Part shown: in pieces, positions 1 to 12,035 of the stretch
How the letters are laid out: each line of letters opens with the position of its first letter
Position numbering within the stretch: the stretch's first letter is position 1
Assembly (NCBI GenBank): GCA_964016885.1
Contig: OZ024740.1
Coordinates: 368,838,001 to 368,902,000, forward strand
Source of the DNA: Eledone cirrhosa
Taxonomy: Eukaryota
Length of the DNA: 64,000 nt
Direction of reading: 5' to 3'
Made by a program: the position numbers and the translations under genes
The notes under the pieces: model-generated
What the model was told of the DNA's origin: nothing
Database searches by the model: none
What the model saw: the letters and a program-made list of their open reading frames with translations, nothing else

Positions 1-239
1 ACGGTCAGCAAACCTACAGTAAAGTAAATGGCCCATAATGTCATGCCCTAGGTTATCTCTACACTATATATAATATACCCCATGACAGCTTTTACATGTC
101 AATTTCATAGATCTGTTTCGTATCAGCTCGTTTTATAGCTAAAGTAATCAGTATACTATATTTCATACTTAGATTGATGTTGTGATTATTTTAACTATTT
201 ACTATCTAGCTAATTTATTTGAGTATCGTTATTATTATT

Positions 240-420
240 GGCAGTATCGGTAGGGTGTCGGACGCCATGCTTTCGAGCATAGTTACGTCCCTTTACAATC
301 TGACTTCAAATCCCGCCGAGGTTGACTTTGCCTTTCATCCTTACGGGGTCGATAAAATAAAGTACCAGTAATGCACTGGGAAATTGCTGGCCTTGTGCCT
401 AAAAGTAGAAACAGTTATTA
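240..420 (+). mobile_element. tRNA-derived SINE (Meta-domain-like core)
   Basis: A-box-like GGCAGTATCGG, B-box-like TTCAAATCCC, core GTTGACTTTGCCTTTCATCCTTACGGGGTCGATAAAATAAAGTACC, TTA-type tail; at least 7 copies in the window. Confidence 0.8.
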
Positions 421-485
421 TTGTCCTGATTTAATGACACTACTATATATAGAAGCTATGCCTGTGTATTTCTTTCATTCTCTCA

Positions 486-593
486 TGCTCTGATGAATAG
501 ACTGATTATAACAAAGTATTGGTGATTGATTGACGCAAAAACAGGCAGGTAGCGATATCTAGACCTACCAGTTTAGAGAAACGATTGTCAGCA
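486..593 (+). ncRNA. Type I hammerhead ribozyme with ~80-nt stem II region
   Basis: TGCT-CTGATGA-(long insert)-GAAAC-GATT-GTC-AGCA; stem I TGCT/AGCA, GUC cleavage triplet. Confidence 0.6.
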
Positions 594-647
594 ATGTGAA
601 TAAAGCCGCTATTGTATACCAAACCATGCCACTCTTCGGTCTTGACT

Positions 648-788
<141 letters not shown>

Positions 789-1010
789 ATAATAATAAAA
801 TTGAAGACTAAAATCCAAAGAGGGCTCTATAAGGAAAATATATATCAAATATATAAGAACCGAAGAGCAAATATTTATTAAAATAACAGATTAAAGTTTA
901 AGCAAAGAATCGCTGCTTTCCCCCTTATTCGGCTTATTAACCCTACGAAGTCCGATTTAGGTAGACTTAGTAAAACGATTCTTGATAGAATTATACCTGA
1001 AATTAGAAGT

Positions 1011-2477
1011 TTGGCCCCTCTCGCACTGTGGAACAATTCTTTCGCGGTGATTGATTGGTTCAACGGCATATGTAACAAGGAACATTGCCGTTTTATCCAA
1101 TTCGACATCAACAATTACTACTCCTCCATCATTTTACCACTTCTCCTTAGAGCTATCAATTTGGCTAAAACACTCACAGTTGTTAAGGATTTCGAAGTTG
1201 ATGTCATCCTTAATACCCGAAAGTCGGTGATTAATTTCGACGACTCTATTTGGATTAAAAAATCCAATAGTACCCCATTCGACGTGAGTATGGGCGCCAG
1301 TGACTCTGCGGGGGTTACTGATCTTATTGGCCTTTTCCTTCTTTTCTCTATCAAGGACGAATTCCCCAACGCGGGCGGTGGTTTGTACCGTGACGATGGT
1401 CTTTTGACCATGACTAAGTGCGGACCTCGTGCTTGTGACAGATTCAGAAAAGAACTCACAGCCTTCTTTAAAGGCTTCAACCTCTCTATACAGGTTGAGG
1501 CCAATCTCTCGGTCGTTAATTACCTCGACGTTACCCTCAATTTATTGAATGGGTTGTATTACCCGTATAGAAAGCCGAATGATACGCTTAATTACATAAG
1601 TAAGCATTCCAACCATCCTGCCAGCATAACCAAGAACCTGGTAAAAAACGTTTCGTTGAGGCTTTCCCGTCTTTCCACCAACGAGCGCATTTTCAACGAC
1701 CATTCCACTTATTACAATGAAGCTCTTGCTCGAAGTGGATTTGTCGATAGGGTAGCATATACAGAGTACGAGAATAGACCTAGAAGAAATAGATCCCGTC
1801 GCATTTGTTGGTTTAACCCACCATATATTATGGAGGTGACCACACCATTAGCTAAGATCTTTCTTTCCCTTATTACGAAGCATTTTCCCCCTACACATAA
1901 ATATAGTAAAATTTTTAATAGAAACACTAACATTTCTTACTCTACGACTCCTAACCTTGCACATAACATCACAGCTTCAAATTTAGCTAAACTACCTAGC
2001 CGTAGGAACACGTGCAACCCTGTAGTTAGTACTAACTGTAATTGTAGGAATCGGGCTGATTGTCCCCTATCCGGGAAATGCCTCTCTAGTAACATTGTCT
2101 ACATATGTAAGGTTGTAACACGCACGTCCCGTAGGGCCTACAGAGGGTTAACCGCCAATAGTTTCAGGCAGCGTCTTTACATGCATACCCATTCTTTTCG
2201 TTACCCTCTAAGAAGGAATATGACGTCACTTTCAGCTTATATCTGGAGTCTAAAAGACAACCACACCCAATATAAGTTACACTGGGAGATCCTAGCTAGG
2301 GCTAGATCGTATAACGGAAATAAAAGACCATGTGACCTCTGCGCCGCTGAGGCCCTGGAAATACTCTACGCCACAGACTACATCTTAAACAAAAAATCTG
2401 AGGCAATTTCGGCTTGTAAACATAAATTGCACAAAACTTTCCTGTATTACAGCCCCACGTTATACCCTAACGGATAG
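1011..2477 (+). CDS. PLE reverse transcriptase + GIY-YIG endonuclease (N-terminally truncated; frame extends upstream to ~915)
   Basis: QFDINNYY, SMGA, LYRDDG, YLDV, YRKP RT motifs; CNCRNRADCPLSGKC linker; IVYICKV..AYRGLT..FRQR GIY-YIG; C-terminal CDLC and CKH. Confidence 0.85.
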   Translation: MAPLALWNNSFAVIDWFNGICNKEHCRFIQFDINNYYSSIILPLLLRAINLAKTLTVVKDFEVDVILNTRKSVINFDDSIWIKKSNSTPFDVSMGASDSAGVTDLIGLFLLFSIKDEFPNAGGGLYRDDGLLTMTKCGPRACDRFRKELTAFFKGFNLSIQVEANLSVVNYLDVTLNLLNGLYYPYRKPNDTLNYISKHSNHPASITKNLVKNVSLRLSRLSTNERIFNDHSTYYNEALARSGFVDRVAYTEYENRPRRNRSRRICWFNPPYIMEVTTPLAKIFLSLITKHFPPTHKYSKIFNRNTNISYSTTPNLAHNITASNLAKLPSRRNTCNPVVSTNCNCRNRADCPLSGKCLSSNIVYICKVVTRTSRRAYRGLTANSFRQRLYMHTHSFRYPLRRNMTSLSAYIWSLKDNHTQYKLHWEILARARSYNGNKRPCDLCAAEALEILYATDYILNKKSEAISACKHKLHKTFLYYSPTLYPNG

Positions 2478-3405
2478 CACGATCTATACGTGGATATTTT
2501 ACGTCTTGATGTGGGAGCTAAGTATATGTTTTGTTTATTCCTTTACTTATTTGCATAGGCAAGTATATATTACCCGTATGTTTTGTGAAGGTATGTATAC
2601 CTTCTCGTACGTATATTTGACTGTTACGGCGCATAATTTTTACATATTTCTGGTATTTAGGGTTTGGTTATGTGTATATGGGAGTTTTGCGTCTGCGTGA
2701 GTATGCAGGTTCGTACGTATGGTGGGTGTGTGTATATGTGTACTTCTTGTTTTAGTTGACTTACGTCTCCGAACCTTCGTGTATTTATTTCTAGGTATGT
2801 GTGTGCGCTTGTTATATACGTATTTATTTACTTATATACGTTTATATAATTATTTATGTATTTGTACACAAGCATACACACATACACATATTTATATGTG
2901 CGTGGTTTTGTATACCTATGGTAAGGTTTTGCGTATGCTTGTGTATGTACGTATATGTTTGCGCGTATGTATTTATTTGTTTCTATTACTTCAGTATTGT
3001 ATTTATTTACTTTGTTCTTAACTCTGTAGCGGAGATTCATTCGGTCTCCTAGTTAGAATTTTAGTCTACAACTTCTGCTATACCATTTACGTGGTTTTGT
3101 CTTTGCGTGCTATTGTTCTCCACGCTCCACATATGACTTATTATCTTCGTTTTTTCGTTCATTGCCAGAGAACGTCTCTATGCACCACTTAGAGAACATT
3201 AGTCTACGACCTCTTTTATACCATAAACATGGTTCTGTCTTTGCGCATAATTGTTTTTCACCGCTCCTATTAATGACGTATTATTCGTTTTTTCCCGTTC
3301 TTTGCCAGCGAACGTCACTATGAACGAAAGTATCGTCTTCCTGTGTTCCTCCGGTTGCAACCTTTTTTGAAATATCCAGTACTGCGTTTACAGATTGACT
3401 TTGTT

Positions 3406-3456
3406 AGTTTCAGAAGATCCCGTTAAGGGTGAAAGCAGCGATTCTTTGCTTAAACT
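3406..3456 (+). ncRNA. Hammerhead ribozyme (core CAGAAGA, U4A) in PLE pseudo-LTR
   Basis: AGTTT-CAGAAGA-TCCC/GGGT-GAA-AGCA..TGCT-T-AAACT; stems I, II and III all pair. Confidence 0.6.
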
Positions 3457-3472
3457 TTAATCTGTTATTTTA

Positions 3473-3566
<94 letters not shown>

Positions 3567-3571
3567 ATATA

Positions 3572-3788
3572 TTTCGTTTCTGAATTTGTTTAGCAAGATT
3601 CTTTATCTGAAATGGTGTGTTGAAACCGAGATTGTTATACTTTGGGAGGGTCATGTTGCCAATAAGAAAAACACACACCAGTTGCTTTCACTTCAATTTA
3701 TTATAATAAATCCATAAATTTAGGAATTTATAAATTTATAAATTTCTGGTTGGTTGGTTGGTTCCACAACCAGATAGTTGTTTATACA

Positions 3789-3790
<2 letters not shown>
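3572..3790 (-). mobile_element. Solo pseudo-LTR end of Naiad-like PLE
   Basis: Matches 39843-40000, 50088-50240, 51386-51475 and 60763-61140; carries the ORF start MTLPKYNN; flanked by (TA)n. Confidence 0.7.
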
Positions 3791-3867
<77 letters not shown>

Positions 3868-3872
<5 letters not shown>

Positions 3873-5190
3873 GAGAAGGGAGACTATGGACAAAGAAAAT
3901 AAGCAAGACGAATACACAGACACACAAAATAGAGTAGATAATAATAATGAGCCAGTGGAAAGAGACAGGAGTAATTATGAGAGACATAGAAACAACCATG
4001 AGGCTGTTGGTGGAAATAGAAATAGAAACAACACAACTAACAATAACAATAGCACTAGTACACATAAAGCAGCAGCCTGGAACTCTACTTTTTATAATCC
4101 CTCCGATAAGTCGTTCGACCTGCGACGAGTCCACGCCACGACTTTACCATTTAACAAACGCACGCAATTGCCGTCGCAGGTCGATGAACAAACAGAAGCA
4201 CAATTTTGTATAGCTAGATCCGAACTTAGAAATATGATAGAACAGTATAGTAAGAAGCATAATAGAATGGAGGCCCAGCAACTGGGAGAAAAATCTGCAA
4301 ATGGTTTGCGTAAGCTCATGCAGCGCTCGCGTAATGGAGTGATAGCATGCTTTCCAACAGACAAGTCTGACAGAATGTCGGTTGACAGCCTGCCAAACTC
4401 CATCCAGGTAATGCAACCCCACATCACTAACACAAGAGAGGTAACACCACAGGAGCATGAGGATAGAGAAAAAGCCCTCAATGCCCATATGGTGATGTGG
4501 ACGAATATAATGCAGCCCAACAAAAGGACTGCCAACAATTTCCAGGCCTGGAACAATGACGTGCCGGCGTTGTATGGGCTTCGAAAAGACAATAAAACGG
4601 GCAGTGACCCTCTCACGGGACCACCAACACGGCCAGTCTGTGGAGCTAACATTGCTCGTAACTACAGACTGTCCTACTTCCTCTCACTGATCATACGCCC
4701 CATCATTGAAATGTCCCCAGTTGTATGTGACAGTACGGAGGACCTCCTCAGCAGAATCGGTGAGAGTAACCGATCTAGGGACCTAACAAACTGCATAATA
4801 GGTAGTATGGATGTTGTGTCCCTGTATCCATCTATTGACGTGTATTTTGCTGTGGAGAAATGCGTATAAATGATCAGTGAGAGCAATGTTGAGTTCCGTG
4901 GGATTGATACCAGTAAGCTGGGACTCCTACTTAAACTTACCTATTGTAATAATTACCTAGACACATATGACCTTAGCAACCTGTGCCCTTCAAAACCAGC
5001 AAGAGGCAGACCACCTACCATTACCTCTATGGCCAAGAAAACCCACACAGATAGATGGAACGGGTGGACCAGAGCCATACGGACTCCCGAAATCCACGAT
5101 GAACTGAAGAAAATGATTGCACATGCGGTAGGGGCCAGCATAAAACTAACCCTTAAGGAATATATGTTCAAATTTAATGGAAAAAACATA
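3868..5190 (+). pseudogene. Naiad-like PLE RT fragment (N-terminal to RT motif 4)
   Basis: Asn-rich region, PTDKS, PPTRPVCGANI, SMDVVSLYPSID; premature stop at 4867; homologous to 45024-46400 (-). Confidence 0.8.
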
Positions 5191-7995
5191 TGCCCTAATT
5201 GCTCTTCTTTAAACCTAAATTTATGGTTTGGTACTTCTGAAGTGATTGGCTGGTTCAACAAATTGGATAATAAAAACAAACTAAAATTTATTCAATTTGA
5301 TATTGCCAGCTACTATTCTTCCATTTCGCCTTCACTTCTCAATAATGCTCTATCTTTCGCACTTAAATATTCTGACATCACCACAGATGAACTTCACATC
5401 ATCCTCACCGCACGTAAAACCATCCTAGAGTTCAACAACGAATATTGGACCAGAGCCGATACCTCTAACAACTTCGACATCACAATGGGAGCATCCGATT
5501 CGTCCCAATTGACTGATTTAATTGGTATCTTCATTTTGAACTCTTTGAGTCGGAAAATTCCTCAACTTCGCGGTGGAATTTATCGTGACGATGGACTCTT
5601 TACTATCCTAAATTGCAATATAGTTAACCTTAATATTATTAAGAACAATATACGTAATCTCTTTAACCAACATAACCTAAAAATTGAATTTGATAATAGT
5701 ATCAAACTAGCTAATTTCTTGACACTGGCCTATATTACCCTTACCATAAAAACAATGAGAACCTTAATTATGTTAACTTTAAATCTAACCATCCTACCAA
5801 TATCAAGAATGCTATAGTTAATAATATTGGAAATAGAATATCTAACATATCTTCTCATAAAAACATCTTTGATGCTAACGCCAATTACTATAATAACGCA
5901 CTTTCTAAAGCCGGCTATCCAGATAAAATCAAATATAATAAAGAAACAAATTCTAGGAAAACTTACAGTAGAATAATTAATCATGACCATTCCAATAATT
6001 TTAATAAAAGACATACAAAAACATAATCTGGTATAATGCTCCTTTCTCCATCTCTATTAATAACAATATTCCTAAATTATTTTTTAGTGCCTTAAATAAA
6101 TGCTTCCCTCCCTCACATATCTATAGTAAAATATTTAACAAACACACCATCAAATGTTCGTATTCTACATCCTCCAATATTTCCAACATCATCTCTAAAC
6201 ACAACAACAAAATATTAAATACTAAATCTCTTCCTTCCAATATTGAATTTCATAATAACAGTAATAGTACTCCCGACGTCATTGTAAACCCTAGGCTAAC
6301 TTCTGTAAACCCAAATACAACGTCAAACACAACTTCGCTAAATGTTCATAATCCAACTCTAAATCAAGAAACTATTATTCCTATCGCAAACAACTTCTCC
6401 AATCCAATTCCTTCTATAGATAACACTAGATCACTCATTAATAATCTCTCTAATTGCAACTGCCGCATTAAAAATAAATGTCCTCTCAACAACCATTGCC
6501 TCGATAAAAACTTAATTTATGAATGTAAAATTATAACTAGCACCAATTCCTTCACCTATTTTGGCTCCACTTCCACCTCTTTTAAAGCTCGTCTCTATAA
6601 TCATCATTCATCTTTCAAATACAAACTTAAAAGAACTAACACTGCTCTCTCAGAACTCATATGGTCCTTAAAAGACAAAAACATTAAATATACCATCTTT
6701 TGGAAGAAGATTTCTTCTGCATCCTCATACTTGAACAGCTCTCTATCTAAAATCTGTAATCTCTGCCTAAATGAAAAATTTACCATTATCTCTAACCTAG
6801 ATTCTATAATAAATAGACGCTCAGATTTGTTTTCTATCTGCCTGCATAAATTCCATAGAACTTTTCACAAAGTATACAGTTAATATTCAATTCTTTATCA
6901 ATTTAGAATATTTTCTCAAAGCCACATATACATACACCTCTTTAAAATATACCCATCTACCTTACTTTAAAGGGCATTATACACTCTATAATACTCGTTT
7001 ACTCATTACCCTCATTCTATCTTCTCGTAAAATAATAACATTTGTTTTTGACATTTTGAATATTCATCCGCAATCACTATTATTTTTTCTCTCTATCATA
7101 AATCTTTTTAATCCCAATTTCATCCTTAATTTATTATTATTATTTATTTTTTTCTCCCCATCAACGAACTCATTATTAATACATATTAACTCTTTATTCG
7201 CATATATTATCAATTCAATATACAAACTTTAACTTCACATTATTTTTCTCAAATCCTTCTACACACAAACCTTAACAATTTTTCTCTTCGCTAATTTTGA
7301 AATTGCCACAATACATACATTTCTTCTTTTGACGTTAGAATATTCACCCACAATTATTATTTTTTTCTCTCTATCTTCATACATAATTTCCCTTCGTTAA
7401 TTTTCAAATTCCTTTAATTTCTACATTATCTTCCAACGGTTCCCAACCTCTCTATATTAAAACAATATATCTTTTTCTCTGTTATAAAAACTATCTCTTT
7501 CTCACCCATCTCTCCCTCTCCACCTTCACTCTCATCTCCTCCCCCTTTTGTTCATCCTTCCCCCCCCCCTAAATAAAATATTTTTTCCTCGCACATATCC
7601 TCCCATCGTTAATTTTCAAATTTTTTTATTTATACAGTATCTTCCAACGGTTTTCAACCCCTCTATGTAAAAAATATATCTCCTCTCAGTTATAAAAACT
7701 ATCTCTTTCTCTCTATCACCCATCTCTCCCTCTCATCTCCTTCCCTTTTCATCCTTCCCCCCCACCCTGTTTAAATAAAATATTTTTCCCAATATCACAC
7801 ATCAATCTAAAACCACTTTTCATATGTTGATTTAAAACTGCACTATCCACAAGTGTTTTTTAGCCTTCATATCATGTTCTCCTGTTTTATCTGATGAAAA
7901 CACAAATATTATTGCTTGATGATGTTTGTTTTTGAAATGCGCATAATAAAATATAAGGAACTCCTTTAACCATCTTTTGATCTTATATTATATAA
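5191..7995 (+). mobile_element. 5'-truncated, frameshifted Hydra-like PLE
   Basis: QFDIASYY, TMGA, IYRDDG; CNCRIKNKCPLNNHC..LIYECK..TYFGST..FKARL..CNLC..CLH ending at 6883; long 3' UTR with ~200-bp duplication; HHR; (TA)n end. Confidence 0.85.
7885..7951 (+). ncRNA. Type I hammerhead ribozyme
   Basis: TTTTAT-CTGATGA-AAACA..TGTTTTT-GAAA-TGCGCA-TA-ATAAAA; palindromic stem III ATGCGCAT. Confidence 0.8.
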
Positions 7996-8089
7996 ATATA
8001 TATATATATATAATATAAAACGAAAAATCAGTGATGAATCTCAACTCAATTTATTGTGTGTTACAATTGTTTCGCCATCAGACACACAG

Positions 8090-8133
<44 letters not shown>

Positions 8134-8137
<4 letters not shown>

Positions 8138-9139
8138 GTGAGGTTTTTTTTACAAAATGAAAAATAACCGAGGTGTCCTACACGAGTGAAAGTATAAAGA
8201 AAAAGAGATGAAATCGAAAATGCAACTGGAGTCTTATTTTTTTAAAAAATATATATATTTATTTGGTTCCTTTACCGGTTTCGCAGTTCTTCTGCTTTTC
8301 AAAAGGTGAGTTGAGATGGAGGGTCTGTGGTTTTTCTCACATCTGGTTGGTCTCTGAATGTTACTTGTTTTATATGGAAAAAGTGGCTCGAAATGCCAGG
8401 TTTTTCGAGAAGTAATTTGATTGGTTTGTCAATAATTATAATAAATTTCGCGCCAGTTCGCGTTACAATAGTTCTTCAAATAAGAGGGGGGATTGTCACA
8501 GGTTGTTTTTTTTTTTCATATATGAGTGATTGAATTTCTTTTTACTTGAAAAAAGGGGCTCACGAAGGCTTTTTTGGGGTTGGTTATAAATGAAATTATG
8601 GCTGTCACGTGAACAAGTTTTCATTAAATTTCCGTCCCCTTATTTGGAAATCCATTCTGTAGCCTTTTTAGATAATTTTATGATAAGTGAAAGATAATGG
8701 TCAAGAGAAAGGGATGGGAGAATTGTTCTGGTTCAGTGAATATGATGAGTTCGCTGGGGTGTCAGAATTCAGATTTTCTATTGAATAAAGAAAGTAAAGA
8801 TATGTATGTTTATGTGTGTGTATGTATGTGTGTGCGTGTGCGTGTTGTGTGTGTGTTGTGTGTGTGGCTCACGGAGGCTTTTTTTTAATAAACATGATTT
8901 GATTGGCTATAAATGAAATTTGGCTGTCACGTGAACAAGGTTTCATTACATTTTTGCGCCCTTATTTGTAAATCTATTCTGTAGCCTTTATAGAGTATGT
9001 TATGACAATGGAAATATAGTGGTCAAGAGAAATGGGATTGGGAGAATTGTTCTGGTTCAGTGAATATGGTTAGTTCGCTGGGGTGTCAGAGTTCAGATTT
9101 TCTATTGAAGTAAAGATATGTATGTTTATTTGTGTGCTT

Positions 9140-9209
<70 letters not shown>

Positions 9210-11800
9210 TGGAAGATGAATCTATTAGTAGAAATGGGTGAGGGAGTTGTCTGTGTGTGTATATGGGTGTTATGTGTGTGTGTGCGAGTATGTTAAGATG
9301 GAGAAAATATATATTTTGTGTGTGTGTATATATGTGTGTAGGAAAGTGGTTCTATTAGTAGAAATGGGGGAGGGGAGTTGTGGGTGTGGGGGTTGTTATG
9401 TGTGTGGGTGGGTGTTATGTGTGTGGGAGTATGGTTAGCATGTTAAGATGAAGAGAATATATATATATATTGTGCGTGTGTGTGTGTGTGTGTGTAGGAA
9501 AATAATTCCTTTAGTAGGAATATTTTTGAGTGAACATATTTTCCTTACGTATTCGTATTTGTTCTGTTGTATTGTCAGTGCAAACGTATGTTAAGGTTTA
9601 TTTAGTTCGGCTTTTTATTTTCTAAAGTAGAAGGTGTTAAGTGTGTGTGTGTATGTCATATTATGGTGTGTATGTCATATTATGTGTGTGTGTGTATGTC
9701 ATATTTAATGTTGGTCTATATTTTTGAATAAACATATTTTCCTTATTTATTCGTATTTGTTCTGTTGTATTGTTAGCGCAAAGGTAAAATGGGAAGACTT
9801 GGAATTTGGGTGTCTTATTACTTGCGCAAATGTCTAGATGTGCACTTAGTGGTATCTGTCTCGTGGTTGGATCTCGTAATGTTTGACGATGAACTGTCAT
9901 TCTGTTTCTTAGTGTGAGTTTAGCTTGTCCTATATAATCTTCATTGCATCCTTTAGATCTAATGGCATAAAGTAGATTTTTTGATGAGCATGTGAAGTGA
10001 TTTTTTACAGTAACATTTTGTCCTGATTTAAATGTATGCGTGTTGCCTTCAATGAGGTGAGTGCAGGTTCCACAATTAGAGCGACCACATCTTTTTATAC
10101 ATGGTTGTGGGTTTGTCGTAGGTAATTTGGCATTGGTGAGTAATGTTTTCAGTGATTTTGGTTGTCTTTTGGCTTAATATACATTACGTCAACACCATAA
10201 TATTACATACACACACACACATAACACCTACTTTAGAAAATAAAAACCCGAACTAAATAAACCTTAACATACGTTTGCACTGACAATACAACGGAACAAA
10301 TACGAATAAGTAAGGAAAATATGTTCACTCAAAAATATTCCTACTAAAGGAATCATTTTCCTACACACACACAATATATATATATATATATATTCTCTTC
10401 ATCTTAACATGCTAACCATACTCCCACACACATAACACCCATACACACACATAACAACCCCCACACCCACAACTCACCTCCCCCATTTCTACTAATAGAA
10501 CCACTTTCCTACACACATATATACACACACTCAAAATATATATTCTCTCCAACTTAACATACACGCACACACACACACAACACCCATATAGACACACACA
10601 CAACTCCCTCCCCCATTTCTACTAATAGAATCATATTCCAATACACACACACACCCACACACACACACACGCACCCATACACACACACACAAGCACACAA
10701 ATAAACATACATATCTTTACTTCAATAGAAAATCTGAACTCTGACACCCCAGCGAATTAACCATATTCACTGAAGCAGAACAATTCTCCCAATCCCATTT
10801 CTCTTGACCACTATATTTCCATTGTCATAACATTCTCTATAAAGGCTACAGAATAGATTTCCCAATAAGGCGCAAAAATGTAATGAACACTTGTTCACGT
10901 GACAGCCAAATTTCATTTATAACCAATCAAATCACGTTTATTAAAAAAAAGCCTTCGTGAGCCACCTTTTTTTAAGTAAAGAAATTCACACACACTCACA
11001 ACACACACACACACACAAGCACACAAATAAACATACATATCTTTACTTTCTTTATTCAATAGAAAATCTGAATTCTGACACCCCAGCGAACTAACCATAT
11101 TCACTGAACCAGAACAATTCTCCCATCCCTTTCTCTTGACCATTATCTTTCACTTATTAATTTTATGATAAGTGAAAGATAATTGTTTCTACATTTGGCA
11201 CAAGGCCACCAATTATCCAGTACATTACTAATAAAGTACCAGTAATGTACTGGATAATTGGTGGCCTTGTGCCAAATGTAGAAACAATTATCTTTCACTT
11301 ATCATAAAATTCTCTAAAAAGGCTACAGAATGGATTTCCAAATAAGCGGACGGAAATTTAAAGAAAACCTGTTCACGTGACAGCCATAATTTCATTTATA
11401 ACCAACCCCCAAAAAGCCTTCGTGAGCCCCTTTTTTCAAGTAAAAAGAAATTCAAACACTCATATATTGAAAAACAACCTGTGACAATCCCCCCCCCCCC
11501 CGTCTTATTTGTAAAACTATTGTAACGCGAACTGGCGCGAAATTTATTATAATTATTGACAAACCAATCACAATCAAATTACTTCTCGAAAAACCTGGCA
11601 TGTCAAGCCACTTTTTCCATATAAAACAAGTAACATTCAGAGACCAACCAGATGTGAGAAAAACCACAGACCCTCCATCTCAACTCACCTTTTCAAAAGC
11701 AGCAGAACTGCGAAACCGGTAAAGGAACCAAATAAATATATATATATTTTTTAAAAATAAGATACCAGTTGCATTTTCGATTTCATCTCTTTTTCTTTAT
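8134..11800. mobile_element. Neptune-like PLE 3' half as a large inverted pair (- arm 8134-10171 with GIY-YIG; + arm 10172-11800, 3' UTR only)
   Basis: The - strand reads CGRSNCGTCTH..LLYAI..YIGQ..LRNRMTVHRQ; the arms are diverged reverse complements; homologous to 40896-42992. Confidence 0.85.
8269..8307 (-). ncRNA. Hammerhead ribozyme, U3-A8 core variant
   Basis: CCTT-TTGAAAA-GCAG/CTGC-GAAAC-CG-GTA-AAGG; further copies at ~11688-11725 (+), ~40970-41008 (-) and ~42897-42934 (+). Confidence 0.65.
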
Positions 11801-12035
11801 ATATATATATATATATGTATACATAAATATACCAATTTACCAGTTTTATATATATTTTATATACCAATTTACCAATCGTAGTTTTGTAGGCGCTGCTTGT
11901 TCGAAATAATTGCGATGGTTTCTATTCGTTTAGCATTGGGTTGACCTAAGACACCATCATAATTCACTCTTGATACTATGATTCAATCGGAGGATGAGTT
12001 GATTTGGTTGATCGAATGAGATACTGCTATTTATA

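Larger units (their letters stand above)
1..630 (+). mobile_element. 3' end/pseudo-LTR of a decayed Penelope-like element, same family as 61245-63098, interrupted by a SINE
   Basis: 1-200 resembles 62760-62950 and 455-600 resembles the reverse complement of 61290-61440; contains an HHR motif; ends at (TA)n. Confidence 0.6.
869..3480 (+). mobile_element. 5'-truncated Penelope-like element (Hydra-like) with inverted 5' copy of its 3' end
   Basis: RT+GIY-YIG ORF; 869-920 is the reverse complement of 3431-3480; HHR at 3406-3456; ends in (TA)n; ~140-bp tandem duplication in the 3' UTR (3050-3325). Confidence 0.85.

Noticed and set aside
240-320. tRNA gene
   Set aside because: A and B boxes belong to the SINE head; no cloverleaf, and it continues into the SINE core
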